From an uncultured Dehalococcoidales bacterium (GTDB taxonomy: Bacteria; Chloroflexota; Dehalococcoidia; Dehalococcoidales; UBA2162), in the NCBI GenBank assembly GCA_964493985.1, contig CAZBQL010000001.1:3849-67848 (forward strand): 64,000 nucleotides of DNA, read 5' to 3'. Position numbers and translations under genes: made by a program. Under the pieces are notes generated by a model that worked only from the letters and a program-made list of their open reading frames with translations, had not been told where the DNA came from and did not search any database. The first letter of the stretch is position 1. Every line of letters begins with the position of its first letter. Shown here piece by piece: positions 37,710 through 47,003 of the stretch.

Positions 37710-39341
37710 CTACTTAAAAAAGCACATTCTATTCAGGGGTATTGGTATGCCTATTGCCAGGCCGTCCATTGTATAGTAAAGATTTATATTGCCATCGTGT
37801 GCCCAGTACGACCTGGGATAATAAAGGGTCAGCGCCGGGACATCCTCGGCGTATAGCTCCTGTATCCGGAATACCATTTCTTTTCTTTTTTCAGGGTCCA
37901 TCTCGGTTAACTGGTCCTGCAGCAACTCAGTCAACTCCGCGTTGGATGTATAACGGGCGCTGTTAAAGCCATCATCAAGTATTGTCCTCTCAAGAATGGA
38001 CGGATCATAGATACCGCCATGACCGTATATGGACAGATCGAAATCCCAGGCTTCGACCTTTGAGTCGACCGTCTTGGCTTCGTAGGTCTGGAAATCAATA
38101 TCGATACCGATATCCTCAAGCTGTCCTGTAATAAACTGCCCCAGGTCTTTATAGTCGGAGGCTGCTATCAGGCTGAGTTTAAGCGGTTGGCCATCCTTAG
38201 AGTAGTAATCACCGTCCATCGAGTATCCGAGTCCCTCGATAAGCTCTTTTGCTTTGTCAGGATTGTATTCGTACTGAGGTGTGTCCGGGTAAAACCAGAC
38301 GCTGGTCGGTGGCATAAGTCCGGGGCTCCCGGGGATACCCTCGCCCCGGAGCACGATCTCTACCAGGGACTCGCGGTTAATAGCATAGGCAATAGCCTGT
38401 CTGAACTCTTTATCGGATAAAGGTTCTTTCTGATGATTGATCATCAGTTTGGCATTCCATGACGGAGGACACTCGATGACGGTAAATCCGGATGCCTTGA
38501 TGTCATCGATCACTTCGACAGGAACGCTGGCAGAGTCCACCGAACCGTCCTTCAGCGCTGCCGGATTCATCTCGGGAGCTATTCTAACAAACCTTATTTC
38601 TTTTACAGCCGGTTTACCCAGATAATAATCGTCATTAGCCACGTAAAGATATGTTCCATGTTCTTTGCTGTAATCCCCGAACTTATAAGGTCCCGTGCCA
38701 ATGGTCGATTCTTCGGACTGGAACTCCTCCGGTACATCCACATTCTCCCATATATGCTTCGGCAGTATCGGCTGAGCGCCGGCAACATCCTGGAAGAAAG
38801 ATGCATAAGTCTTGCTAAGGTATATCTTTACGGTATATTTATCGAGTACTTCAACGGACTCGACGATGCTGTTATCGACCCACTGGTAAGGATGTTCTTC
38901 GGCGTAATTATAGGTGAAGGCAACATCATCGGCAGTGAATTCCACTCCGTCATGCCACTTAACATTTTTTTGCAAAGTAAAGGTGTAGGCATTAGCCTTT
39001 TCATCGTACTCCCACTCTCTCGCCAGTTGCGGGATGAATTCGGTAGCATTCTTCCATACGAGCGTTTCGAATATATAATGCATCCTGACATAGCCAGGTC
39101 CGCGGGAGTAATGAGCGTAGGGTGAAGGAAACCCCCAGTCACCGGTCGAATCAGCTATTGTATAGGTTTCGAGCCGGGTTATAGTCCCAGCTTCGTTCGC
39201 AGGTGCCGGTTTACTCTCTGTACTCGCAGGTCCCTGTTCTTCGCCGCAGGCTGGCAGGAGCAGAAACGAAGATACCAGGAGAATTATACCAGTCACGACG
39301 GTGATACCATGTAACTTATCAGACATCTTTTTTCCTTTCAT
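37710..39341 (-). CDS. family-5 ABC substrate-binding protein (peptide/nickel/opine type), probable lipoprotein
   Basis: 543 aa. Signal peptide with LLPAC. SBP_bac_5-like throughout. Confidence 0.9.
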   Translation of the reverse strand: MKGKKMSDKLHGITVVTGIILLVSSFLLLPACGEEQGPASTESKPAPANEAGTITRLETYTIADSTGDWGFPSPYAHYSRGPGYVRMHYIFETLVWKNATEFIPQLAREWEYDEKANAYTFTLQKNVKWHDGVEFTADDVAFTYNYAEEHPYQWVDNSIVESVEVLDKYTVKIYLSKTYASFFQDVAGAQPILPKHIWENVDVPEEFQSEESTIGTGPYKFGDYSKEHGTYLYVANDDYYLGKPAVKEIRFVRIAPEMNPAALKDGSVDSASVPVEVIDDIKASGFTVIECPPSWNAKLMINHQKEPLSDKEFRQAIAYAINRESLVEIVLRGEGIPGSPGLMPPTSVWFYPDTPQYEYNPDKAKELIEGLGYSMDGDYYSKDGQPLKLSLIAASDYKDLGQFITGQLEDIGIDIDFQTYEAKTVDSKVEAWDFDLSIYGHGGIYDPSILERTILDDGFNSARYTSNAELTELLQDQLTEMDPEKRKEMVFRIQELYAEDVPALTLYYPRSYWAHDGNINLYYTMDGLAIGIPIPLNRMCFFK

Positions 39342-39382
39342 GCCGGTTTCCTGATTAAAACGGTAATACAGGTCATCTGTAT

Positions 39383-40072
39383 CTATCCTCCGACAAGTGA
39401 AAGCCCATCACCGGCGAGTTGATAATATGCCTGGCCGGAGCAGGGAAGGCAGACGTATCCTCCGTCTTTAACCCTGGCACGCGGTTCCATGATATTCTCG
39501 CCGCATATTGAACATTTAACACTGGAGAATATTCCGGCATATTCCGGCACGTCAGCTTTTACCCGGCTGATGGTAAACAGTTCCTCGTCGGGTAAATCCA
39601 GCATTTCAAAGGAAATATCTATCCATAACTTTCTTAACTTTTCGCTGTCTTCCCCGGTACCACTACGCTCCTGGACAACCTTCCTGAAGAGTTCTGCCGC
39701 TTCAGGGTATCTTTGCAGAGGACTGCTGTCAGGCTTTGCTGCCAGCCTGATGCCATCTCTGTTTCTCTGTGCCAGGGTTACTGCCGTCTTGCCATAGTCA
39801 CGGTAAATAAGAGCATTGTTACCAAATGAGCAGCCGGTAACCATCTGGACGCCGTCGCTGAAACAACTGTTTGTTTCAACTATCGCTATTACTTCTTCCA
39901 TTCCTGTCGAACTCGTCTTCATTTCTTTCACAGCTCTTGCTGCTGCTTTTACTCCCATGGACGATCCCGGACAATAGTGACCGTGAAGCATACCGTTCAG
40001 CATTAATAAATGATGCAGATCACCGGCGTCGATAGCTTCCTCAATCTCCTGTCGTGGCTTTTCTTTATCCAT
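39383..40072 (-). CDS. FmdE-family protein with a C-terminal zinc ribbon
   Basis: Track ORF runs to 40138. ATG 40072 (MDKEKPRQ) follows AGGAGG. HGHYCPGSSMGVKAA is the FmdE motif. C-terminal CSICG...CLPC. Confidence 0.8.
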   Translation of the reverse strand: MDKEKPRQEIEEAIDAGDLHHLLMLNGMLHGHYCPGSSMGVKAAARAVKEMKTSSTGMEEVIAIVETNSCFSDGVQMVTGCSFGNNALIYRDYGKTAVTLAQRNRDGIRLAAKPDSSPLQRYPEAAELFRKVVQERSGTGEDSEKLRKLWIDISFEMLDLPDEELFTISRVKADVPEYAGIFSSVKCSICGENIMEPRARVKDGGYVCLPCSGQAYYQLAGDGLSLVGG

Positions 40073-40111
40073 ATGCTGAAGTCCTCCTTCTTTATGAGTA
40101 ATTAGAATACA

Positions 40112-40149
40112 ACCCTTTATTATTGCAACTAGTTGCAATAATAAAGGGT
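40112..40149. promoter_or_regulatory. 38-bp perfect palindrome, candidate operator of the FmdE/ABC operon
   Basis: ACCCTTTATTATTGCAACT|AGTTGCAATAATAAAGGGT, 40 bp upstream of ATG 40072. No flanking U-tract in either orientation. Confidence 0.55.
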
Positions 40150-40343
40150 AAAAAAATTTGCAGGTAATTCAGCTTTGATTTTCACTTTTTTCCTCACAAT
40201 TTTTACGAATACCGGTCATAATCAAATATTTCGGAAACCGTACTTCTCTCCTGGAGCTTGTTATAACGTATTCAATAGATTTCATAGCAGTCTATAGCCC
40301 CGTCGCATTTTATGCTTACCAGGTGACGATGATAACCTTGTCA

Positions 40344-40365
40344 TAATTGCACCTGGTTGCAATTA
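40344..40365. promoter_or_regulatory. second copy of the ATTGCA-N6-TGCAAT operator motif
   Basis: TAATTGCAcctggtTGCAATTA. It shares ATTGCAnCTnGTTGCAAT with the core of the 38-bp palindrome. Confidence 0.45.
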
Positions 40366-40489
40366 AACTGGTTTCAGTATATCCTTTAAAAATAACCAGT
40401 GTCAAGGTATATATCAGTTTATTACCGGGTGGAAAAGTTCTGATAGCATACAACAAATGGTATAAATGCTTTAGCCGAGGAGTATTCTT

Positions 40490-41419
40490 GTGGAAGTAAT
40501 CGTTACCGGTTCTCTGGCTTATGACAGGTTTCTGAATATTAACGGGTCGTTATCGGATATTTGTATTAATAATCGTGAATATCCAATTGAAGCAGGTTTC
40601 CATGTTGTTGAAATCAGGGAAAGTTTCGGAGGTAATGCGGGTAATATCGCTTACACTCTCTCATTGCTTGGCAGAAAACCGGTAGTAGTGTCATCCGTCG
40701 GAAAAGACTCTGACAGGTATTTTACCTGGATGGAGGAAAATAATATCGAAACAGAAGGAATCCGGGTAGTCGATACGGAGATGACGGCAGTAGCCCATGT
40801 CATCACCGATAATGACTCCAACCGGATAACAGCCTTTGTTCCCGGAGCTCTGGATTATCCAACGGAATATGATTTATCGCAAATGAATGCTGATGATACT
40901 CTCGGCATGGTCTCACCGGGTAACCTGGAAGATATGAAGAATTACTGCCATGATTTCAGGAAATTCGGAATCCCCTATATTTTCAGTCCGGGGCAGTCTC
41001 TCTCCCGGTGGGATTCTGGAGAATTGGTTCTCTGTATCGAAAAAGCATTGATTACCGTTGTTAATAAAGCCGAACTCTCTTTCATTTACAATAGAACCGG
41101 ACTAACAGGAAATGCATTGACGAGAAAAGACGGGGCGCTTATCGTTACACTCGCTGATAAAGGGTCGATAGTCTATGCCGGTAGTGGCGAGACTGTTATA
41201 CCTTCAGTAACCCTTGATAAGGTAGTGGACTCGTACGGTGCCGGGGATGCTTTCACGGGTGGTCTGGTCGAAGGTATTCTGGAAGGAAAAACAGTTATGG
41301 ATTCAGTAATGATAGCTGCTGTCTGTGCTTCTTTTTCAATTGAATATAATAGCACCCAGGGGTTCAGTTTCAGTCAGGATGATTTTAACAAAAGACTTGA
41401 GAACTTAATAAATGAATAA
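40490..41419 (+). CDS. PfkB-family carbohydrate/nucleoside kinase
   Basis: GTG start. GG dipeptide region FGGNAGNIA. C-terminal DSYGAGDAFTGG anion-hole motif. Confidence 0.8.
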   Translation: MEVIVTGSLAYDRFLNINGSLSDICINNREYPIEAGFHVVEIRESFGGNAGNIAYTLSLLGRKPVVVSSVGKDSDRYFTWMEENNIETEGIRVVDTEMTAVAHVITDNDSNRITAFVPGALDYPTEYDLSQMNADDTLGMVSPGNLEDMKNYCHDFRKFGIPYIFSPGQSLSRWDSGELVLCIEKALITVVNKAELSFIYNRTGLTGNALTRKDGALIVTLADKGSIVYAGSGETVIPSVTLDKVVDSYGAGDAFTGGLVEGILEGKTVMDSVMIAAVCASFSIEYNSTQGFSFSQDDFNKRLENLINE

Positions 41420-41655
41420 CTTCTCGGCATAGGAAATGTAATATTTTTGTAACCAAATAACGTACTTTGTTACAACTGTTTTATTACTTATATTTTATAA
41501 TATACCCACTTAGGCAAAATACGAATATGTTACTCTGGTTACCAGTAAAACAAACAGCTATACCAGGGATTGGTAAAGAGTATATCATGGACATGGTTAA
41601 CAGCATGTTCCTATTAATGATTTTTTAACACGAAGACTACAGCGGTGGTATAGCA

Positions 41656-42333
41656 ATGAGTATCGACCTGGAGAAAAAGATTGATGAAATTTCTAAAAGA
41701 AACCGTGAGTTAACCAGCCAGCTTTTACTCGTTCAGGAAGAAGAACGCCGAAGATTGGCAGACAGTATTCATAAATATCTGGGACAAACACTGACGTTGA
41801 TGGTCATGCAATTAAATCGTTTAAGTAAATTACCACCGGAAGAAGTTTGTACTGAGCTGGACGAGATTAAGGCACTGACCGATGAAATAATACAGCAAAC
41901 ACGGGATTTATCCAACTCTCTCTCTATGCATGAACTTAACAAGGTAGGACTATATCAGGCACTCCGGAATTACTTCAATATCGTTCAAGAATCCACTCCG
42001 ATCATAGTTAATTTTCAGACCTATGGACTTCTGGAAACACGACTAGCTAGAATTGTCGAAATCTCAGTTTTCTACATAATCCAGGAGGCGATAACAAATG
42101 TCTTAGGGCATGCCAACACTGATGAAGTTGACATTTCGATAGAAGTCGTGGGCAAGGTTCTGAAACTGCGTATTACGGATAAAGGAATCGGATTTGTCCC
42201 GGATGCCATCAAGTTGCATTCCTCGGGTATGAAAAGAATGCATGAGAGAGCCGAAGTAATCGGCGCCAGGTGGGTGGTGGAATCATCACCCGGAAAAGGG
42301 ACACTACTTTCCGGGGACTTTCCGTTACCCTAA
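41656..42333 (+). CDS. sensor-less HisKA_3 histidine kinase (soluble, 225 aa)
   Basis: Only about 25 aa of coiled coil precede EEERRRLADSIHKYLGQTL (H-box), followed by HATPase_c (N, G1, G2 boxes). No TM or sensor domain. Confidence 0.8.
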   Translation: MSIDLEKKIDEISKRNRELTSQLLLVQEEERRRLADSIHKYLGQTLTLMVMQLNRLSKLPPEEVCTELDEIKALTDEIIQQTRDLSNSLSMHELNKVGLYQALRNYFNIVQESTPIIVNFQTYGLLETRLARIVEISVFYIIQEAITNVLGHANTDEVDISIEVVGKVLKLRITDKGIGFVPDAIKLHSSGMKRMHERAEVIGARWVVESSPGKGTLLSGDFPLP

Positions 42334-42401
42334 TTCAAACAAGCTGAAAAAGCCATTTCCTGTAATTGGTTGAAATTAAAATAATCGTTAAGGAGGTCTA
42401 A

Positions 42402-43526
42402 ATGCATATCACTCTAAGCGTTATCAAAGCGGATATCGGTGGATATGTGGGGCACTCGGAATCGCATCCAGATGTATTATTAAAAGCCGATGCGATGCTT
42501 GCAGACGCCAGAAAATCAGGGCTTTTAATTGACTATCATGTAACCAAGTGCGGCGACGACCTGCAACTAATAATGACACATCGGTTTGGTGTTGAGAACA
42601 AGCAGGTCCACAAACTTGCCTGGGAGGTGTTTCTGGCAGGCACGGAAATTGCCAAGTCACTCAAGCTGTATGGTGCCGGTCAGGACCTGCTCTCGGATGC
42701 ATTTTCCGGCAATGTTAAAGGTATGGGCCCCGGCGTCGCGGAGATAGAACTGGAAGAGCGTAAATCAGAGCCTGTAATCATTTTTATGGCGGATAAGACC
42801 TCTGCCGGGGCGTGGAATATGCCTTTGTACAAGATGTTCGCCGATCCATTCAATAGTGTTGGGCTTGTTATTGCACCCACTATGCATAGCGGATTCTCTT
42901 TCGAGGTACATGATGTCCTGGAAAACAAGAAGGTAATTATGAATGCTCCGGAGGAAATTTATGATCTTCTTGTCTTCATCGGAGCACCCTCCCGATACAT
43001 GGTGAAGGCGTTGTACAGCCGTGCAAGTGGAGAGATTGCGGCGGTATCATCGACTCAGCGCCTGGCACTCCTTGCTGGTCGCTACGTCGGAAAGGATGAT
43101 CCCGTGTGTATTGTCCGTGCGCAAGGCGATTTTCCTGCCGTGGGCGAGATTCTTGAACCCTTTGCTTCTCCCATACTTGTCGAAGGCTGGATGCGAGGTT
43201 CCCACATGGGTCCGTTGATGCCAGTCGCAGTGGAGGATAGTACTCCCTCTCGTTTTGATGGACCCTCCAGGGTAATCAGCCTTGGCTTCCAGTTGGCTGA
43301 AGGCAAGCTGATCGGACCGCGAGATATGTTCAAAGATAAAGCTTTTAACCTCGCTCGCCATCAGGCAAATGAAATGGCAGATCTCATGAGACGACATGGG
43401 CCTTTTGAGCCGCATCGTCTACCTCTCGGAGAAATGGAATATACTACCATGCCACAGGTAACCGAAAAGTTAAAGACCAGGTTCGTTGACCTGAACAAGG
43501 AAAAAATACCTGCTGTTTCAACATAA
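42402..43526 (+). CDS. fbp: bifunctional fructose-1,6-bisphosphate aldolase/phosphatase (class V FBPase)
   Basis: ITLSVIKADIGGYVGHS N-terminus and overall 374-aa length typical of the archaeal-type FBP A/P. Confidence 0.9.
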   Translation: MHITLSVIKADIGGYVGHSESHPDVLLKADAMLADARKSGLLIDYHVTKCGDDLQLIMTHRFGVENKQVHKLAWEVFLAGTEIAKSLKLYGAGQDLLSDAFSGNVKGMGPGVAEIELEERKSEPVIIFMADKTSAGAWNMPLYKMFADPFNSVGLVIAPTMHSGFSFEVHDVLENKKVIMNAPEEIYDLLVFIGAPSRYMVKALYSRASGEIAAVSSTQRLALLAGRYVGKDDPVCIVRAQGDFPAVGEILEPFASPILVEGWMRGSHMGPLMPVAVEDSTPSRFDGPSRVISLGFQLAEGKLIGPRDMFKDKAFNLARHQANEMADLMRRHGPFEPHRLPLGEMEYTTMPQVTEKLKTRFVDLNKEKIPAVST

Positions 43527-43571
43527 TAGACGAAGAATGTGAAAGATGAGTAATCGAGGAGGGGGGAAAAA

Positions 43572-44582
43572 ATGGCCTCAATCGGAATTAACGGATTCGG
43601 AAGAATCGGAAGAATAACTTTCAGAGTGCTAAAAGAGTACCACAACGGAACAATATCAGCAGTGGCAGCAAACGGCAGTTCTGATGCGCGGACGAACTCT
43701 CACCTATTAAAATGGGACAGTGTTTACGGAAAATACCCCGGAGTTGTTGAAACGAGCGAAGACAGCATGATTGTTGACGGAGAAAGGGTCAAATTTTTTT
43801 CCGAACGTGACCCGGCTAAAATTCCGTGGAGTCAACTCGGTGTAGATATCGTTATCGACTGTACCGGAACTCTCAGAGATGCAAAACAGGTTGTTGGTCA
43901 CTTAAATAACGGCGCTAAAAAAGTCATCATATCAGCGCCGGCAATAAGAGAGGATATTACCATCATCCCGGGTGTGAATGAGGAACAGTACAATCCAATG
44001 AAGCACCACATACTTTCGGCAGGTTCATGCACAACTAACTGTATTGCCCCTGTGGTCAAAATATTGCACCAGAAATTCGGTATAACAAAAGGCTTTATTA
44101 CCACCGTTCATGCCTATACCAGAGACCAGAGACTGCTTGACAGGCATCATGAAGACCTGCGGCGTGCGAGGTCAGCTGCGATTAATATCGTTCCGACGGT
44201 AACAGGTGCCGCCAAACTCGTTGGGAGGCTGATACCAGGGCTTGACGGGAAGCTGGACGGAATGGCAATAAGAGTACCGGTGCCCGCAGGTTCCCTGGTT
44301 GATTTTGTCGCCAACCTCGAGTGTAGCGTTACTGCCTCAGAAGTGAATGACGCTTTACATGAAGCTTCCGATGGAATATTGAAAGGTATTTTGGAATATT
44401 CGGAAGAAGAACTGGTCAGTAGTGACTTTATAGGCACCAGTGCAAGCGCTGTTGTGGATGCTCCAAGTACCAAGGTAATGGGCGGCAATATGATTAAAGT
44501 CCTGGCCTGGTATGACAATGAATGGGGTTATTGCTGCCGCCTGGCAGACCTCGCAGATTATATAACCCAAAAAGGTCTATAA
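43572..44582 (+). CDS. gap: type I glyceraldehyde-3-phosphate dehydrogenase
   Basis: INGFGRIGR, catalytic SCTTNC, WYDNEWGY. Confidence 0.95.
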   Translation: MASIGINGFGRIGRITFRVLKEYHNGTISAVAANGSSDARTNSHLLKWDSVYGKYPGVVETSEDSMIVDGERVKFFSERDPAKIPWSQLGVDIVIDCTGTLRDAKQVVGHLNNGAKKVIISAPAIREDITIIPGVNEEQYNPMKHHILSAGSCTTNCIAPVVKILHQKFGITKGFITTVHAYTRDQRLLDRHHEDLRRARSAAINIVPTVTGAAKLVGRLIPGLDGKLDGMAIRVPVPAGSLVDFVANLECSVTASEVNDALHEASDGILKGILEYSEEELVSSDFIGTSASAVVDAPSTKVMGGNMIKVLAWYDNEWGYCCRLADLADYITQKGL

Positions 44583-44829
44583 CCTGAAACCGAGTTCATA
44601 ATTCATATAACCGCGGACACACTTTTTTCGTCAAATCCACATATCGTATTATCGCTGCAGCCGGCAGAACGGCAGGCGGAGATTATCGATAAACGAGGAT
44701 TGTAATATCAATGGAGTTTTTATCCAAAGATTCCCATTTCTTGCTTAGAAGACATTATCGAATCACATCCTTTCCTGATCAATATTTTATGAGGATTTCC
44801 CGGCTAACATCTATCCCTGGCTGGCAATG

Positions 44830-45393
44830 CTAATTGGCTGAATTGCGGTCAGTAAGATCAAATGACCGCAAAACAAGGTGAGTCCAATTACTCCGGGAAA
44901 AGAGGGGCCAACTAACTTTTACATTCCTTACACTCTTTTTACCCCACCGAAGCTTAGAAAAGTACCCGCTCGGATCATTCACATATAGATATTGACCATC
45001 GGTTTCTTTGGAATACCCCACAACCACCAATGTGTGACCGGGGAAGCCAAAAGTGGATACCACTATCGGGATACCTTCGTCGATGATATCTACATAGTGA
45101 GTAAAATCCCAGTTCCCCAGATGGTGCTGGGCCGAAAGTTCAGGCCACCCTGATAAATAGGAGTCCACAAGACCCAGAAACATATCCAGAAAACTTATAC
45201 TATCACTTTTTTGTTCCCCAAGACTGGCGGCTATATCGGCTACAGTGACTTCTTTCCCCTGGTATTGTAATACCATGCAAAGAGATGCCTCGAAACACCA
45301 GCTTGTATCTCCCTGTTCCACATAGGGAACTGTAAGCCGTTTGCTGGAAACAGAAAGTAGTTCTTTTACCGGTATATCCATCTCTTTGGTCAA
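44830..45393 (-). CDS. C39-like (papain-fold) cysteine peptidase; the reading frame continues upstream to 45540 and encodes a signal anchor
   Basis: Q...C (VEQGDTSWCFEASLCM), H (GHTLVVVGY), D (VNDPS). The in-frame upstream extension encodes RSRCRALLVSNKAGYIFSYVVLAVLLAAFA but has no ATG/GTG/TTG. ATA at 45538-40 sits 9 nt after GGAGG. Confidence 0.6.
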   Translation of the reverse strand: MTKEMDIPVKELLSVSSKRLTVPYVEQGDTSWCFEASLCMVLQYQGKEVTVADIAASLGEQKSDSISFLDMFLGLVDSYLSGWPELSAQHHLGNWDFTHYVDIIDEGIPIVVSTFGFPGHTLVVVGYSKETDGQYLYVNDPSGYFSKLRWGKKSVRNVKVSWPLFSRSNWTHLVLRSFDLTDRNSAN

Positions 45394-45830
45394 TTCGGTG
45401 GTTTCAGAATTTTGACTGGAAGTGCTGAGATTATTTGACGCAAAGGCTGCAAGAAGAACAGCCAGTACTACGTACGAAAAGATGTATCCAGCCTTATTCG
45501 AGACGAGAAGAGCTCTACACCTGCTACGAATCTCCCCTATGGCGAAAAACCTCCGATAATTGACTGATGGTCTATATAATTTGGGGGCAGTTTACCAGAT
45601 TTTTTATTTCTTGTAAAACTATTCTCGGTCTGATCGTAAAATATACGTATAGCGAAAGTTTCTATGGAAGAATGACACCGATTTATCAATTATTTCTGCT
45701 TTGGACACATAAACCCATTTTGGAAAATTCGCATCCCCCCGAATAAGAAAAAGCATCTCCCAGTGTAAAAATAGGCTTTAGATATTGTGATATTTTTTTC
45801 AATTAAGTTAAATAAAATCTCATCGTAAGT

Positions 45831-46457
45831 GTGGTAAGATTTAGAGTAATGTGGTTTCTTAACTATAGGACCTTAATAGACCCCTTGTTGAAAGACCTAA
45901 GGGCTTTCATTGCCGAGTTCGCCGGCATGAATCCTGGTGACCGGGTGCTTGATGTTTGCTGCGGAACAGGAGCCCAGGTTCTGGAGTATGGACGCCGCGG
46001 TATTATTACCACAGGAATAGATATTAACCCTGTCATGTTGAGGATGGCCAGACAAAGTGTAGCAGAAGAGAACCTGGATTATGTATCCTTTCAATTGGCT
46101 GATGCAGCCAAGCTGCCTTTCAGAGACAATTATTTTGACCATGTTTCCATTTCGTTCGGTTTACACGATAAAGTAAGCAGCGTTCGCTTTAGGGTTGTCT
46201 CTGAAATGAAACGGGTGGTTAAACAACAAGGAACCATAATTTTGATAGATTTTCAGGTGCCACTTCCTGAAAATGCGTGGGCTATGCTCGCCCGTAGCAT
46301 CGAATTCATGATAGATGGATCTCACTATGCAGGCTTCAAAGATTACCTTAGCAGTGGTGGGATTCCGAGGATTCTTGAGATACACAATTTACAGGAAGAA
46401 CAAAGGGCACATTTGAAAAGCGGGCTGGTAGCTATTGTCAAGACTAAAAGAATGTAG
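45831..46457 (+). CDS. class I SAM-dependent methyltransferase (UbiE/MenG-like)
   Basis: VLDVCCGTGAQ motif I. ATG 45849 is an alternative start. Confidence 0.8.
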   Translation: MVRFRVMWFLNYRTLIDPLLKDLRAFIAEFAGMNPGDRVLDVCCGTGAQVLEYGRRGIITTGIDINPVMLRMARQSVAEENLDYVSFQLADAAKLPFRDNYFDHVSISFGLHDKVSSVRFRVVSEMKRVVKQQGTIILIDFQVPLPENAWAMLARSIEFMIDGSHYAGFKDYLSSGGIPRILEIHNLQEEQRAHLKSGLVAIVKTKRM

Positions 46458-46483
46458 CCTTTCCTCTAAATATAATTTTCTTT

Positions 46484-46924
46484 TTACTTTTCATCCGGGG
46501 TTATCATTTTGTACTTTCCCTCGGTCTCGAGCGTCACTTCCAGGAAGAAGACCGGCTTGGATACCCTTTTGAAAATCAAAGGAGCATGTACCAGCCCGGC
46601 TGGAATATCTACCAAAGTCGGAGAAGTAATGGTATAGGGTTCGCATTCCTCTCCCATCTGCAGTTCGATTTCGGCATCGAAATCATTGATATCTTCAGGA
46701 TTCCCTCCGATGAAAATGAGAACCTCATGGCCATCGTGAGAGTGGGGATATACATCGGTGTATGGTTCCGTCATGTAATGAAACCCAAGGGTATGACCGG
46801 CTCCGGTTTCACCGTCATGAGCGTATATCGACGGGAAATTGTATCCGGGAGCGTTTTGCCCCTTCTCCTGTACTCTTTTAATCGGCGCCGGTTTAAAATA
46901 TTTGGCGTATTTGCCTTCAGCCAT
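46484..46924 (-). CDS. single-module cupin protein, paralogue of the bicupins
   Basis: MAEGKYAKY N-terminus. PHSHDGHEVLIFIG...IPAGLVHAP. AGGAGG SD. Confidence 0.7.
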   Translation of the reverse strand: MAEGKYAKYFKPAPIKRVQEKGQNAPGYNFPSIYAHDGETGAGHTLGFHYMTEPYTDVYPHSHDGHEVLIFIGGNPEDINDFDAEIELQMGEECEPYTITSPTLVDIPAGLVHAPLIFKRVSKPVFFLEVTLETEGKYKMITPDEK

Positions 46925-47003
46925 TACTATCTTTCCTCCTTTATTATCATCTCAAAATATTCAAGCCGCGGAAGTGGTTGCCCCTTAAGCGTTTCCGGTC
47001 AGA

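Noticed and set aside
40112-40149. The 38-bp palindrome as a transcription terminator or attenuator.
   Set aside because: There is no U-tract 3' of the hairpin in either orientation (A-run on the plus side, mixed sequence on the minus side), and it lies between the promoter region and the SD. An operator is more parsimonious. It cannot be excluded as a dispersed repeat without the genome.
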